This document shows, in pieces, positions 14,045-26,472 of a DNA stretch of 64,000 nucleotides. The DNA is from Octopus vulgaris (taxonomy: Eukaryota): NCBI GenBank assembly GCA_951406725.2, contig OX597817.1, positions 5,518,001 through 5,582,000 on the forward strand, read 5' to 3'. How positions within the stretch are numbered: position 1 is the stretch's first letter; each line of letters starts with the position of its first letter. Position numbers and translations under genes: made by a program. Below the pieces are notes generated by a model. That model was not told the DNA's origin and made no database searches. It saw only the letters and a program-made list of their open reading frames with translations.

Positions 14045-14382
14045 TATCTTTTATCTTTCATTTGTTTTAGTCATTAGACTGCGGCCATGCTGGGGTACTG
14101 CCTTGAAGAATTTTCACTCAAATGATTCGGCCCCACTACTTTTCTTTTTAAAACCTGGTACTTATTCTGTCGGTCGCTTTAGCCAAACCGCTAAGCTGCG
14201 GGGACGTAATCGCACCAACACCGGATGTCAAGCGGTGGTTGTGGACAAACACAGACGCAAAGATTCGCACGCGCACACGTGTGCGTGTGTGTGACCACAC
14301 TTATTACTGTGACTTTAGATATAACAATACAACGTCTACTACATTTGGGCACTCTGTTTGAAAGGTTTATATAAGGTGTATA

Positions 14383-14437
<55 letters not shown>

Positions 14438-14605
14438 CGGGCTCTTTTTTCAGTTTCCTTCCATCAGATCCACTAACAAGGCCTTGGCTTTGGTCGGCGT
14501 GAGGCTATAATAGAAGACACATGCTCAAGTTGCCACGCAGCGGAACTGAACCCGAAACTATGTGGTTAGGACGCAAGTTTCTTACCACACAGCCACGCTT
14601 GCGCT
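14045..14605 (-). mobile_element. SINE family B with an ~90-bp insert in its internal microsatellite
   Basis: Family B head and tail present. The insert at 14293-14380 recurs at 56668-56745. Confidence 0.85.
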
Positions 14606-14639
14606 TATATGTCTATGCTCTCTACTGAACAGAAATCTA

Positions 14640-15440
14640 ATTCTTCTGTTCTTTAATATACAGATTGCTTTGTAAGCCGCATTTTATACCGTGGTCTTGT
14701 GTTACTCTCTTTTAATTGCCAGCAGTATTTCGAAAATACCGTTACCAATCTGTATCTATGAAAAAAGCAGTGAGATTCGCATAAAGATGCCTGGATCTTC
14801 CATTAGGCATTCCTATATATTTATGATCCTAGTTCTACTATTTGTTGTTAGTGAAGCTAACGGCTGCTTCCTATATCATCCAGTTTATTTTACAAGCCTG
14901 GCTCAACGGGGATCATTGCTTATTTCTGCATGTGAATTCCTCAAACACGAGTATAACTTATTTGCTTGCAAGTATGTTATCTTTTATATTAGAGGTACAG
15001 CTGTACAGTTGTAGCTCACTTTCAGTCTCTGTGCAGGTTAGGGCAATGTGTATTTAGTCACATAGCAGGAGTCCTACGTATCTTCTGTTATCTAAATGCT
15101 TTGAATTTTCCTACTGCACCGATGCATATATTCCTTTTTCGCACTTTAATTTAATTTCCATTCTTTTATTCTATGCTATTACCTGTTGATAGGTTTTATA
15201 GTATATCAAGTACCAACATGATAAAATCTTCACCCGATCATAGCTGTCCAAATACTTCGTGATTGGTAAGAGACCACAAAGACAGTGATACGCGCTTCAT
15301 ATATAAAATCTACGGCAGAATAATGGAATGCAACTGCATGGATTTTTTTGTAAAAAGCATATTAGCCTCATCGAGTAAATATTATTTGCTAGGAATGCTG
15401 GTCGAAGAAGAGTCAATCATCAACGACGGGATGAAAAGCC
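14640..15440 (-). pseudogene. Possible hAT transposase remnant
   Basis: Minus strand gives LLDEA, then a decayed DGA-like and HCxxH-like motif, in hAT order. Very degraded. Confidence 0.3.
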
Positions 15441-15453
15441 CTCTTACCCCCAT

Positions 15454-15484
<31 letters not shown>

Positions 15485-16542
15485 CTCCCATGAAGGCACA
15501 GGCTTACATACACACACACACAAACAAAATTATCACAACTCTATAGAACTCAACAGCATACATTCAAGAGTTAACATCCTCATAACTTAACAGTGTGAGG
15601 TCTTTGAAGGCGACCTGTTACGCCACGGGATAGATATGAGATTCCAGAAGTGTACTAACCTAACGGAACTTAACGAGGATCAATATCAAGAAAATTAATA
15701 ATAATGCTTTTTCTTTCATATTGTCAAACAAAACTAGTTATACACACGCATATATACATACATGCGCGCGTGCACACACGCACACACAAACACGTACTCT
15801 CTCTCTCTCTCTCACATACACACACATACATATCTCCTTGTACACATATTGATATATGTGTTGTAAAAAGAGAAAGAGATAGCGAGAGAGCGGAAAATCG
15901 AGGGAAAGAGTAAATCTTGCAGCGGTGAGTAAAGCCTCCGACGATTCGAGGACAGAAATGTTTCAGGTTGAAACGACCTGGGGAGAAAAGGAGAAGTATT
16001 TTACATGTATTTGAGCGAGTTCCAGTCACTGATAGGGAAAGCAGTACCACGTGTCAATGCTTATTTAGATGAGTAGTAATAAAGAATAGAAAGTAATTGG
16101 GTAACTGAAGGTAAAGGAAAGAAATAAAAAGAAAAGTAGCTTTCTTCTTTAATTTTTATATCGAGAAAGAAACCAAGATTACTATATAAGTTAAGCAGTA
16201 AAAGGAAAATTTCAACTTAAGCCCATTGGTGCTATGTTTGGGGGTCTGAATATGAAACATTCTTCGTTCCACTTTCTTGTGTGGCTCCATCCTGTACAGA
16301 GACACCGGATACTAATAAACGAAGTGGCCGGCTCCGATGGGGGTGCGCAGTGACAAGTTGGTTTGGCATACACACTGCAAAACTATGAACGCGTTCGCGA
16401 AGACGACGGTCGTGATGACCTGTTTGACCAGAGTGAATGGAAGCGGAAATTTGCATAGAACGTAGTAAGATGTTGATGGCCGTGTAAAACTGTTTTTCGC
16501 AATGCCTTATAAGGATGTAAGATTTAGAAGTTACGGATACCC

Positions 16543-16938
16543 TCTTTTCTCTCTTTTTCTCTTTTATTTGTTTCAGTCATCTGTCTGCGGCCATGCTGAA
16601 GCACCGCCTTTAGTCGATCAAATCGACCCCAGGACTTATTCTTTGTAAGCCTAGTACTTATTCTATCGGTCTGTTTGCCGAACCGCTAAGTTACGGGAAC
16701 GTAAACACACCAGCATCGGTTGTCAAGCAATGTTGGGGGGACAAACACAAACATATATATACATATAAATATATACGACGAGCTTCTTTCAGTTTCCGTC
16801 TACCAAATCCACTGACAAGGCTTTGGCCGGTCCGAGGCTATAGTAGAAGACACTTACCCAAACTGCCACGCAGTGGGACTGAACCCGGAACCATGTGGTT
16901 GGGAAGCAAGCTACTTACCACACAGCCACTCCTGCGCC
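16543..16938 (-). mobile_element. SINE family B, full length
   Basis: Near-consensus copy ending cacagccactcctgcgcc. Confidence 0.92.
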
Positions 16939-17429
16939 TGCTTAAGGATGCTTCAGGATTTAAGTGAAAGGAGCGGGAATGGAAAGGTGTAGTGAAGGGA
17001 GAATGGAATTAGGCTGGTAGGTTTGTTTAAAGCGAGCAAGGGAGCAGTGGAGAGTTCAATAACTTCGGCATGGTGGAATACATGGTATATAAACAAGTAA
17101 AAGTGAAGCAGATCGACAATGGTATGCCATGAGTGTGGTAGAGATGACGAGAAAGTAACGGAGATATCGAATACGGTAAAGATGGATTCCAAACCGAAAT
17201 ATAATGGATCGATAATAGACGTGAACTTTTATTGATTCATTGTTGTTTACTTATATTACTGTCTATTCCTGTGAAACCCATTGAAATATCTGTGAACATT
17301 TGGACAGTTGATCGTTTACACATGTTTTCCTGAATTTTACCTTGTTGTTTTAAATTCTCCTAAGCTCTGTAAATTTGTCGAAACTGGTTTGGCATTTGAA
17401 TAAATCTATTACAAAATTATTGATTACAT

Positions 17430-19100
17430 TTTGAGTTGAGTTGTTGTTTAGAATTTATTCATGCATGTAGAAGTTTGTAAGTAGATGTTTATGTTTAGTT
17501 GTGCTCCCTGGGGTCATGCGATAGTTTTTAGTGGTTCACAACGTGGATGTAACTAGGTCTAGGATATGCCAGTAGTTTTAGTTATGTTTGGTTTTATTGG
17601 CTTCAACGTTTTGCTTTGACAATGGTTTTATTGGATTTAACACTGCTTCGACAAAGTAAAGAGGAAGAAAAGTGATACGTCACTAACCAAATATATATAG
17701 ACATTAAAAATAGGAAAAATACTCCGTTTAGCATCAACTGGAAATTACTCACACACGCACAACAATACCAATAAACCCTGCCAATTTTGCACTCATGAAT
17801 CCTACCATATTCTCATATTCAGGAATCAAATTCTATTCCGAAGCTCTGACAAAATCTTAAAACACTAAAACATTTCTAACCAATATTTTTTTCTAATCGT
17901 TAAACATGTAAATATTTCACCAACTTTTCTCCTTCCACCTACACCACAAACTATCGCCATAATATACATAGAAATATTTTTGCAGCTTTACACTGAACAA
18001 GTACTGTAGAGATTATGTAAAGTAAAAATTCCCACAATAGGTTTTCTAATATAAGTTCATAAACCTATGTACACACACATAAGTATATATTTGTATACAA
18101 AGTAGTGGGATAACCCTTTCCTTTTCATTTCTCTATTTTTCTCTTTAAAAAAAGTTTTAATAAATTTTTAAAATTAAATTGTATTCCCATTTTTATACAG
18201 GAGCATATACACACTTTTTGTAATGCTTCATTTTCGCATATATACAAAGGACAAAATAATATATGAAATAGAAAACCCACGTTTGAAATAGATCTGAAGA
18301 AATATTTATAAACACACAGCCCACAAACTCAACCTCCGTGAAACACTGAGCTTAGAATTTCTACATATTAATTAAATTGCTTATATAACAATGGACGCCC
18401 TAGAGAGAAACATAGAGACCAGCAAACTTTGCACCTACCCATATCCTCTCGTGAACATCAAAGATAAACAAATTTCTGACAACGTCAGAATACTGACAGC
18501 GTCATGACATGCCAGACTAATTATCTCCATCTTCCAAATACAAACAGAAATACTCTAAATAGCAGCTACAACAAGTAAAGAAATTGAGCAGCCAAGACGT
18601 ACGACACCCCGAATGCAAAGTTTTCAATTACTGGACTAACTTAGAACTTTGACAATTAAATTGTCAAGGAAAAGAATTAAATCCAATAAAACCGAGTATA
18701 ACTAAAACAACTGGCACACCCCAGCTCCTTTTTGTAAACCATTAAAAAATAGTTCCATGACCTGAGCGAACACACTTCAACATACACACCTGCTTATAAA
18801 TTTCTACACGCATGAATAAATTCTAAACAATTATACGAAGCAAAATTTAATCAATAAAGATGTTTCTAAAAACACCTCTCTACAACATCTCACTCTACAA
18901 CTTAAATACCACTCCACTGAAACACATGTACTCAAGGATATTTCAACTCAGCAGAGGCTATATAAAGCCAACATTAATTTCAATGTACAGCAGTCAGACG
19001 AGGGCTTTCCAGGCCGAAACTTCTCAGTCATTGTCAGTAATATTCTTTTTTAAGAGTAATAACTTTCTACTCTACAGTAGTATAGAGTAACCCATCAGAT
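17430..19100 (+). mobile_element. Decayed Penelope-like element with inverted pseudo-LTR and 3' hammerhead
   Basis: 17440-17640 is an inverted copy of 18670-18830 (ccaataaaacc..ataactaaaac.actggca; catgaataaattctaaacaa). Remnant motifs NNG.P, REHQR, NVRIL. HHR at 18991. Confidence 0.65.
18991..19033 (+). ncRNA. Minimal type I hammerhead motif (one core substitution)
   Basis: cagt-CaGACGA-gggctttccaggcc-GAAAC-ttctca-GTC-attg. Confidence 0.65.
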
Positions 19101-19901
19101 TAAGGCAAAGTTTATTTCATTATAACTGAACATAAAAACAAGCATTGACACATACATACATACATATATACATACATAAATACATACATACATACACACA
19201 TATACATACATGCATGCATACATGTGTGTGTGTTCTCTCTCTTTCACACAAACACATTATCTTTCATATACACAAGTACATAAACAGGCGGAGGTAAAGA
19301 ATACGCACACCAACCGTTTTCGGCGTAACCCTATCCTTAAACACCGGAAGTGCGTATTCTTGAACTTCGCGCATAAATACATATACATACATCTTTTTCG
19401 TGCGTGAAAGAGAGAGAGAGGGGGGGGCTTTATTTCCTCATAACATAGAAAAATGGATGTCTTTTAATGAAATTTCTTTGGTTGCGGCTTATCTTAATGC
19501 AATATTTATGTGTACATTTTCATAAATGTCTGTCTGAGTAGACTTTTACGCATGTGTGAAACATTGAACGAAAGTGATAGATTACAAGAAAATCAAAATA
19601 TTGTCCGAAAATGACGTCAAAATTGTGCGACCCAACCCAGTTGCCGAGGTTTTTAGTTCTAAAAAAGAGTTGCTGAGTCAAAAACAGTTTATTTAGTAGA
19701 TAGATAATAAGCAGCTTTTTTTATTATGATATTCATGTGACTAATTTTGGTTCAAATTGAAAGTGTGAAACTATTTTCATTTTGTAATGAAACCTGGTAG
19801 TTGTAGAGTCGTATTTGAAATAACAATAGCTGGTTATTGAGATAACGTAGAAAACATGAAAATGAAAATAATTGACATGTATAATTGCTTTCATTGTTCT
19901 G

Positions 19902-20515
19902 GAAGGCGGCGAGCTGGTAGAATCGTTAGCATGCCGGGCAATTTGTCCTACGAAGAAAGGCTGAGGACGCTCGACCTTTATTCTCTTGAAAAAGGCCGCC
20001 GCCGTGGTGATCTTATTCTCGCCCACAACATCATAAGCGAAAAGTGTAACCTCTCGAAAGAGCTGTTCTTCACTCCTGCTCCAGAGCGTCGGCTGCGGGG
20101 TCATTCCGAAAAGCTCTACCTGCGACGATTTCATCTCAATCGAAGGAGAGGAGCTTTCTCCGTCCGGGTTGCGGATCCGTGGAACAAGCTGCCAGACGAG
20201 ATGGTGAAGATGCCGACGACCGCTTTGTTCAAAGCCTCCCTTGACCTCAAGTGGCCTGAACTCTTTACATGAACACCACCCTGTACTTAACTCCATGTCC
20301 CCCTACATGGCCTTGCTTTTGAGCCAAATTAACTAACTAACTAACTAACATACTTGAGCGGTGTTTCGCCTGTCTTTACGTTCTGATTTCAAATGCCACC
20401 GGGGTCAAGTTTTCCTTTCATCCTTTCGGGGTCGATGAATTAAGTACCAGTGAGACACTGGGGTCGACTGATCACCTTCCCCGAAATTTCAGGCTTTGTG
20501 TCTATAGTAGAAAGA
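19902..20515 (+). mobile_element. SINE family A interrupted by a LINE fragment
   Basis: Head at 19902-19939. The body resumes at about 20349 (cttgagcggtgtttcg...cctttcatcctttcggggtcga). Confidence 0.85.
19940..20348 (+). mobile_element. 5'-truncated CR1/L2-group LINE (RT C-terminus, 3'UTR, (CTAA)n tail)
   Basis: Uninterrupted LSYEERLRTLDLYSLEKGRRRGDLI...LRGHSEKL...FSVRVADPWNKLP, then aactaactaactaac. Confidence 0.9.
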
Positions 20516-21454
20516 ATTTGATTGTTCTAGTCTTAACATCAGTTGGTAAGAATAGAAGTCATTTGACGACAACCTTTTGTTTTTAATTGGCTATCCTGTT
20601 ATAGGTTCAATTCGAGGAATATTGAAGCAATACCCATGTTGTCCATTCCACAGAATAAGATTATACTGGAGAGCATCATAAGAGGGATGATTCTATGAGA
20701 CGTGTTTAAAGTTGTTATCTTGAACCCGAATGAGAATATCATGGTTTTCAATGGGATCACCAACCATAAGGATGGCTACTTCATTAGATGTGGGCTCGTT
20801 AAAACAGCGTAAAATGCTCTTTACTATGGTTTACTATAGACGTAACGAATGCAGAAACACACACACACACACACATACACTCATAGGATTGATAATACTG
20901 AAAACAGCAAAACGTTCACACACGAAGTTCAAGCAGAACGAAATGTAGTCACTATAGCTTCAAGACATACATTCTGTAGCATAGTTATGTTATAAAAAAT
21001 GGAAAGTCACCAATTTAGCAAAAGTTAGTATTAATCACCGATGTTAGAAAGTACAGAAAGTCAGCATTCATTTGGAACATGTACTAAAGGTTATAAAATT
21101 TATGATTGAATGAAAGTCCAAGAAAATTCAGAAAGCATAATTCAATTTTTCGTAGTAAAATAATTTATTTTACAATTTTGAAACGAACTCTGAACCAAGT
21201 GTATAAAAACGAAGATACTTTTTTTGAACTGTGTAAAATTATAGGCTGTAGAATAAATACTGACTAACGCAGTAAAAAGGTTGTTCGACGTTGATACTCA
21301 GAGTGATGAAGAATACAAGGACTGTTAAAAAAGCATTATCTTGAAACTGGTTAAAAGGAGTGGAATAACATTTCTGTAATTATATTGAAAGAGCCGCTGA
21401 GGTTTTCTATTTCGCCAAGTTTCTGAATTTCTTATAATAACCAGAAAAATTTAA

Positions 21455-21848
21455 GTCCATGTCTGTGTAGTTAGTAGCTTGCTTACCAACCATATGGTTT
21501 CGGGTTCAGTCACACTGCGTGACACCTTGGGCAAGAGTCTTCTACTATATTCTCTTGTGTGTAGATTTGGTAGACGGAAACTGAAAGCAACCCATCGTAT
21601 ATATATGTATGTGTGTGTGCGTGCGTGTGTGTGTGTCTGTTTGTGTGTCTGTGTTTGTCCCCCACTATCTTTTGACAACAAATGTTAGTGTGTAAACGTA
21701 CCCGTAACCTAGCGGTTCAGAAAAAGAGACCAAAGGAATACGTACTAGGCTTAGAAAGAATAAGTACTGGGGTCGAATAGTTCGACTAAAGGCAGTGCTC
21801 TAGCATGGCCGCAGTCAGATAACTGAAACAAGTAAAAGAACAAACGAA
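21455..21848 (+). mobile_element. SINE family B
   Basis: gacaccttgggcaagagtcttctac...ctgaaacaagtaaaaga. Confidence 0.88.
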
Positions 21849-21854
21849 TATATG

Positions 21855-21897
<43 letters not shown>

Positions 21898-21962
21898 CTG
21901 AAATAAAAATAAGAAAAATGTGCATAATGTATATATTTTTATGAGATAAAAATATTTATACT

Positions 21963-21992
21963 GTCAACAGGTTTCGCTTTGCTAATCATGAC
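21963..21992 (-). ncRNA. Degenerate minimal hammerhead motif
   Basis: Minus strand: gtc-aTGATtA-gcaaagc-GAAAC-ct-GTT-gac. Confidence 0.4.
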
Positions 21993-22274
21993 TAAAACTT
22001 TTGAGAAAATATTACAATTTTAAGGTATCATGCGAAGTTTACAGTTCATGTTAGTAGCAGAAAAGTTGTTTCATAAAACTGTGTGTTTTGGTGTGTGTAT
22101 TTGCATATAGAGACACGAACATACGAGCATGAGGGCACATCCTTATAGACACGTACACATATATGCATACATGAGTATATACATTTTTATGTATATGTGT
22201 GTAAATATATATATATATACAAATAAATGAAAGAATGGAGTTGAACGACGAATTAACAAAATTCCTTTATTTTA

Positions 22275-22357
22275 TTTTCGACATATGTTTCGAAGGCTGC
22301 GTATTCCTAATTTCGAAGGAATAAGGGGTGCATTATGCCGCCTTCTCATCAGGAAAA
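22275..22357 (-). ncRNA. Canonical type I hammerhead ribozyme
   Basis: Minus strand: ttttc-CTGATGA-gaaggc...gccttc-GAAAC-atat-GTC-gaaaa. Intact core, 5-bp stem I, 6-bp base of stem II, palindromic stem III acatatgt. Confidence 0.88.
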
Positions 22358-22483
22358 GCAAGGAACTTATGTCAGCATCAAGATGCACAAAAACTTATAT
22401 ATATATATTGGTAAAAACGGTAAGATAACAAAAGAAAGAAAGAGACCTCAATATTATGTAAATAGAGGAAATTTATCTATAAA

Positions 22484-22658
22484 ATAATATGTTACAATTA
22501 CTCAATAGTCAAGATAAAACTCAGTTTCAGATGCAGAGTGAAATCCACAGCACCATCTCTTCGGTTATCTGGCCAGATAACCGAAGAGATGGTGCTGTGG
22601 ATTTCCACTTCGGCATCTGAAACTCAGAGTTTTATCTTGACTATTGAGTAATTGTAAC

Positions 22659-22665
<7 letters not shown>
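22484..22665. repeat. Near-perfect palindrome (about 90-bp arms) carrying two divergent HHR-like motifs
   Basis: Centre ctgg|ccag with no spacer. Right arm: gataa-CcGAAGA-gatg...catc-t-GAAAC-tcaga-GTT-ttatc. Confidence 0.8.
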
Positions 22666-22697
<32 letters not shown>

Positions 22698-22707
22698 CAG
22701 AGAGAGA

Positions 22708-22759
<52 letters not shown>

Positions 22760-22787
22760 CTCTCTCTCTGTTTATTTTCTCTTATTC

Positions 22788-22823
22788 CTTTATGTTGAAG
22801 AGCATAGGCTCGAATCGTAAAAG
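22788..22823 (+). ncRNA. Degenerate minimal hammerhead motif
   Basis: cttt-aTGtTGA-a-gagc atag gctc-GAAtC-GTA-aaag. Confidence 0.5.
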
Positions 22824-22912
22824 TCTTTCTCACTGTCCCGAGCGTCAAACTAATACGCCTGCTTTTTTGTTCATTCACCAGTCTTCGCCTTTTGTTTTTC
22901 TATAAAATTCAA

Positions 22913-22982
<70 letters not shown>

Positions 22983-23536
22983 AAGAGAGAGACGCACGGA
23001 TAGATTGAGTGAGAGAGGGGGAGGAAATTAAAAGAAAAAAGAAACTCACAGAAATAGAGTGCCGTTGTAATAGTTTCTATGCTCTAAAATTACTCTTTAA
23101 GAAATAACTCACTTCAACATACTTTTCATATGCCTCAGTATGTGTGATGTGCATGTGTGTGAGTGTACGCCTATCTATCTATCTATCTTTCTATCTATCT
23201 TTGTATATGTATACGTATGTATGTACTTGCGCACATACGCACACACACACATGCTCTCACGCGCACATGCATATGTCTGTCAGATTGTATGGAGAGAGAG
23301 TGGGACGTATTAGATGGGGCGAGATTGTAAACTAGATTGATAATATCTACCACAAGAACGCATACATAAAATTTTAACTGGCTGGCTCTTTAATGTCAAT
23401 TGAACAGAGACCAGAGGCAAGAGAAACTTAAAACCAAACATTTAAACCAAACTTTACCCCAACTAAATTACCATGAACTAAATAAATAAACCCCGAGAAA
23501 GTAACGATAACAGCAACATTAATAATAACAATTAAA

Positions 23537-23924
23537 GTGGAGGCGCAATGGCCCAGTGGTTAGGGCAGCGGACTCGCGGTCGTAGGATCGCGGTTTCGAT
23601 TCCCAGACCGGGCCTTGTGAGTGTTTATTGAGCGAAAACACCTAAAGGTCCACCAGCCCCCGACAGGGGATGGTGGTGATCCCTGCTGTACTCTTTCACC
23701 ACAACTTTCTCTCACTCTTACTTCCTGTTTCTGTTGTACCTGTATTTCAAGGGACCGGCCTTGTCACTCTCCGTGTCATGCTGAATATCCCCGAGAACTA
23801 CGTTAAGGGTACACGTGTCTGTGGAGTGCTCAGCCACTTACACGTTAATTTCACGAGCAGGCTGTTCCGTTGACTCGGATCAACCGGAACCCTCGTCGTC
23901 GTAACCGACGGAGTGCTTCCAACC
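23537..23924 (+). mobile_element. SINE family C with alternative tail
   Basis: Same tRNA head and body as 3270. TSD aataacaattaaa. Confidence 0.88.
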
Positions 23925-24119
23925 AATAACAATTAAAAGAATCAAATAAAAAGAGAAACAGTTGTAAACAAAGCAGGAGAAAAATTGCAGAGGCAATGAA
24001 TCAGTCAACTTCTTAAGACGTTAAATAAAATAGCACGAAATATTTGTCTTGGCGTTGTGGTTTCAAATTTCGCCGAGGTCCAAACTGCGTTCTATCCTCC
24101 CAGTATCGATAACTATAGT

Positions 24120-24240
24120 AATTTGTGGTTCGGTTGAGAAAGACAGTAAGCACTCTGTCTGTAACACCAAGGCCGAGCTGATTAAGGAGTTGTTCGAAAA
24201 TCTTCCCAGAGGCACAGTGAGGAGCTGTTTTTAGGTCGTG
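24120..24240 (+). mobile_element. DD37D Tc1/mariner transposase fragment
   Basis: GSVEKDSKHSVCNTKAELI, homologous to 38837..39091. Confidence 0.6.
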
Positions 24241-24843
24241 GTGTAAACTGTTAATCTTCCACCCATAATCTAGCTGATACATTTATTTTTGGATGTGGTG
24301 TTGTGTTTTTGCAACAAGCAAAAATGCTAGCTCTAAAACTTCTCTAAGAGATCAACGCAATAGTTGACAAGTAATATTCGTAGCCACTTTAACATGGCTG
24401 TCCGTTCATCGGATTCTACTGCGATTTTTTAACCCGAAGAGGACATCTCCCCTATCTGGTCAACGATGCACAAATGCATCCGATAAAATTGCAAGCAGTC
24501 TTTTCCTTTTGTGCATGTTGTAACATTTAGTCCGAACATCCTGTAAAAGTCTGAGTGACTCGAGAGATTAACAGGTTTCTATAAATGCACCCACTGATAT
24601 TTTGAATTCTTTCTTTATAGACTTTTTCCTTTCACATATATGTGTGTATGTGTATGCGTATGTGTGTGTATGTGTCAGCCGGAATTTGAGTGGTACAGGG
24701 TTCGATTCTCTGTAGAGCCTTGCTGGCCACTCTTTTCGGTCTTCCAAAAGGGTATTTACTTGATTTTCTAAGCTGTCTTCATAGTAATCCTGCGTTCCAG
24801 AATCCCATTATTTTTGTACAATATACACGCACACACACACACG

Positions 24844-24907
<64 letters not shown>

Positions 24908-25908
24908 ACTAGCTCACTATCCTCTCCTTGACTGTATTTTCACAATAGAAGACGATAACTTTTCAATTTTTTCTACTACACCCTTGCAAATGATGGTGGA
25001 GGGGAAAATTTTTATGAAAAGAGATTCCTGGATCGATTTTGTTGATTTTTTTTTGTTTTTTTTGAAAATTTATGAAGTTTTTCAAATCGTCCCCCGCCCC
25101 GACTCACTACCGATTCTGGACAAGTTTTTTTTACACTATGCATTCAGAAACAATGGGAAGAAGACTTGAAGGTTCAAAAAAAAAAAAAGAAAAAGAAAAA
25201 AGTCTAGGAAATGATGATCACCATTACAATGTCCACTTCCTTTATTTCCAAACGGAAAATTAAACGTAATTTAAAAATGGTGAAAACTTTTTCATTTTTT
25301 CATTAACCCCGCCTCTCGATAAATCCTAAAATTCCTCTTTTATTGCGAAATTTTTTAAAACCATAGTTTTAAAATGTGGACAGTCCAAATCTGAAATATA
25401 TTTCTGTTTATAATTTGAAAATAATTTCAGACAGAAAGGTGATTTAAAGGTCTAACACATCTCACAAACACCTTACGCGTTTCTTTGTCACTCGAACAAA
25501 TATTGATGTTTTTCACTATTTGCTCCCCATAATAATATTTTCTGGAATGATGATGCGGTGGTCCATAGTCTGAATATAAGCAACAACAACTAAATACTTT
25601 GAATTTAAATGTTTAATCCCACACCACACATCAAGCAAGGCTGTGTGTGTGTGTGTGTGTGTATAAGAAAAAACATTTACTAACAGTATGCTATTTAAAT
25701 AAATATTCATTTACATACCTTGTTTTAAATCACTAATGAAATTCCTTACAAACATTCATACACACACATTGACAAACACACAAACACTCACTGTGAGCTA
25801 TATAACTGTTATAGAGAATGAGAGAGAATGTGGTAACAATGTATAGAGAGGAAGAAAGTATGCCATGAGAAAAGCGAAAAATTGAAAGGGACAGAGACAG
25901 TGAGATCC

Positions 25909-25971
25909 TTTCACTTAATTTTAAAATTTCAAAATCTGTGACAGATTTTGAAATTTTAAAATTAAGTGAAA
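25909..25971. repeat. Perfect palindrome, 31-bp arms, 1-nt spacer
   Basis: tttcacttaattttaaaatttcaaaatctgt-g-acagattttgaaattttaaaattaagtgaaa. Confidence 0.95.
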
Positions 25972-26472
25972 ATTTTCAAATTTGGTTTACGTTTTCAGGA
26001 TGAATCCAAATTTGCGATTCTTTTATTCCAGAAAATTTTCAGAAGTTACAGAAGTTTAAAGTTTGATCAACTTATATAGAATCAGAAAACAGGGTTTGTG
26101 CCTAATAGCTGTCGGAAAAAGTAAGCATTATAAGATGAGGTTTTAAACAAAATGAAAACAATGTGTGAGAGCTAATACATATAGAATGAGAGTGAGTGTC
26201 AAAGAGTATGGTAGCTATATAGAGAGAGGCACATTGGTGGTAAAAGATAGAGAGTGGGAGAGTTGTCGCCCTAAAAGTTAGGTTATTTCTCGTAAAAAAG
26301 TATATCTTTTATTAATACTTATTTTTCATTGGGACGTAGATTTCGAAAATCAAATTCAGTTTTCTCGTGGCTGCACCGTACCTGAGATTTTTGGAGATAA
26401 ATACCAGATATGCACATTTATTGAGTAGATATTATAATATAATATAATATAATATAATATAATATAGTATAA

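Noticed and set aside
15930-16500. GC-richer segment, possible exon or Gypsy/Helitron fragment
   Set aside because: Only vague motif resemblance in inconsistent order. It needs BLASTX.
23537-23612. tRNA gene
   Set aside because: The tRNA-like head runs into a SINE body and tail with a TSD, so it is a SINE.
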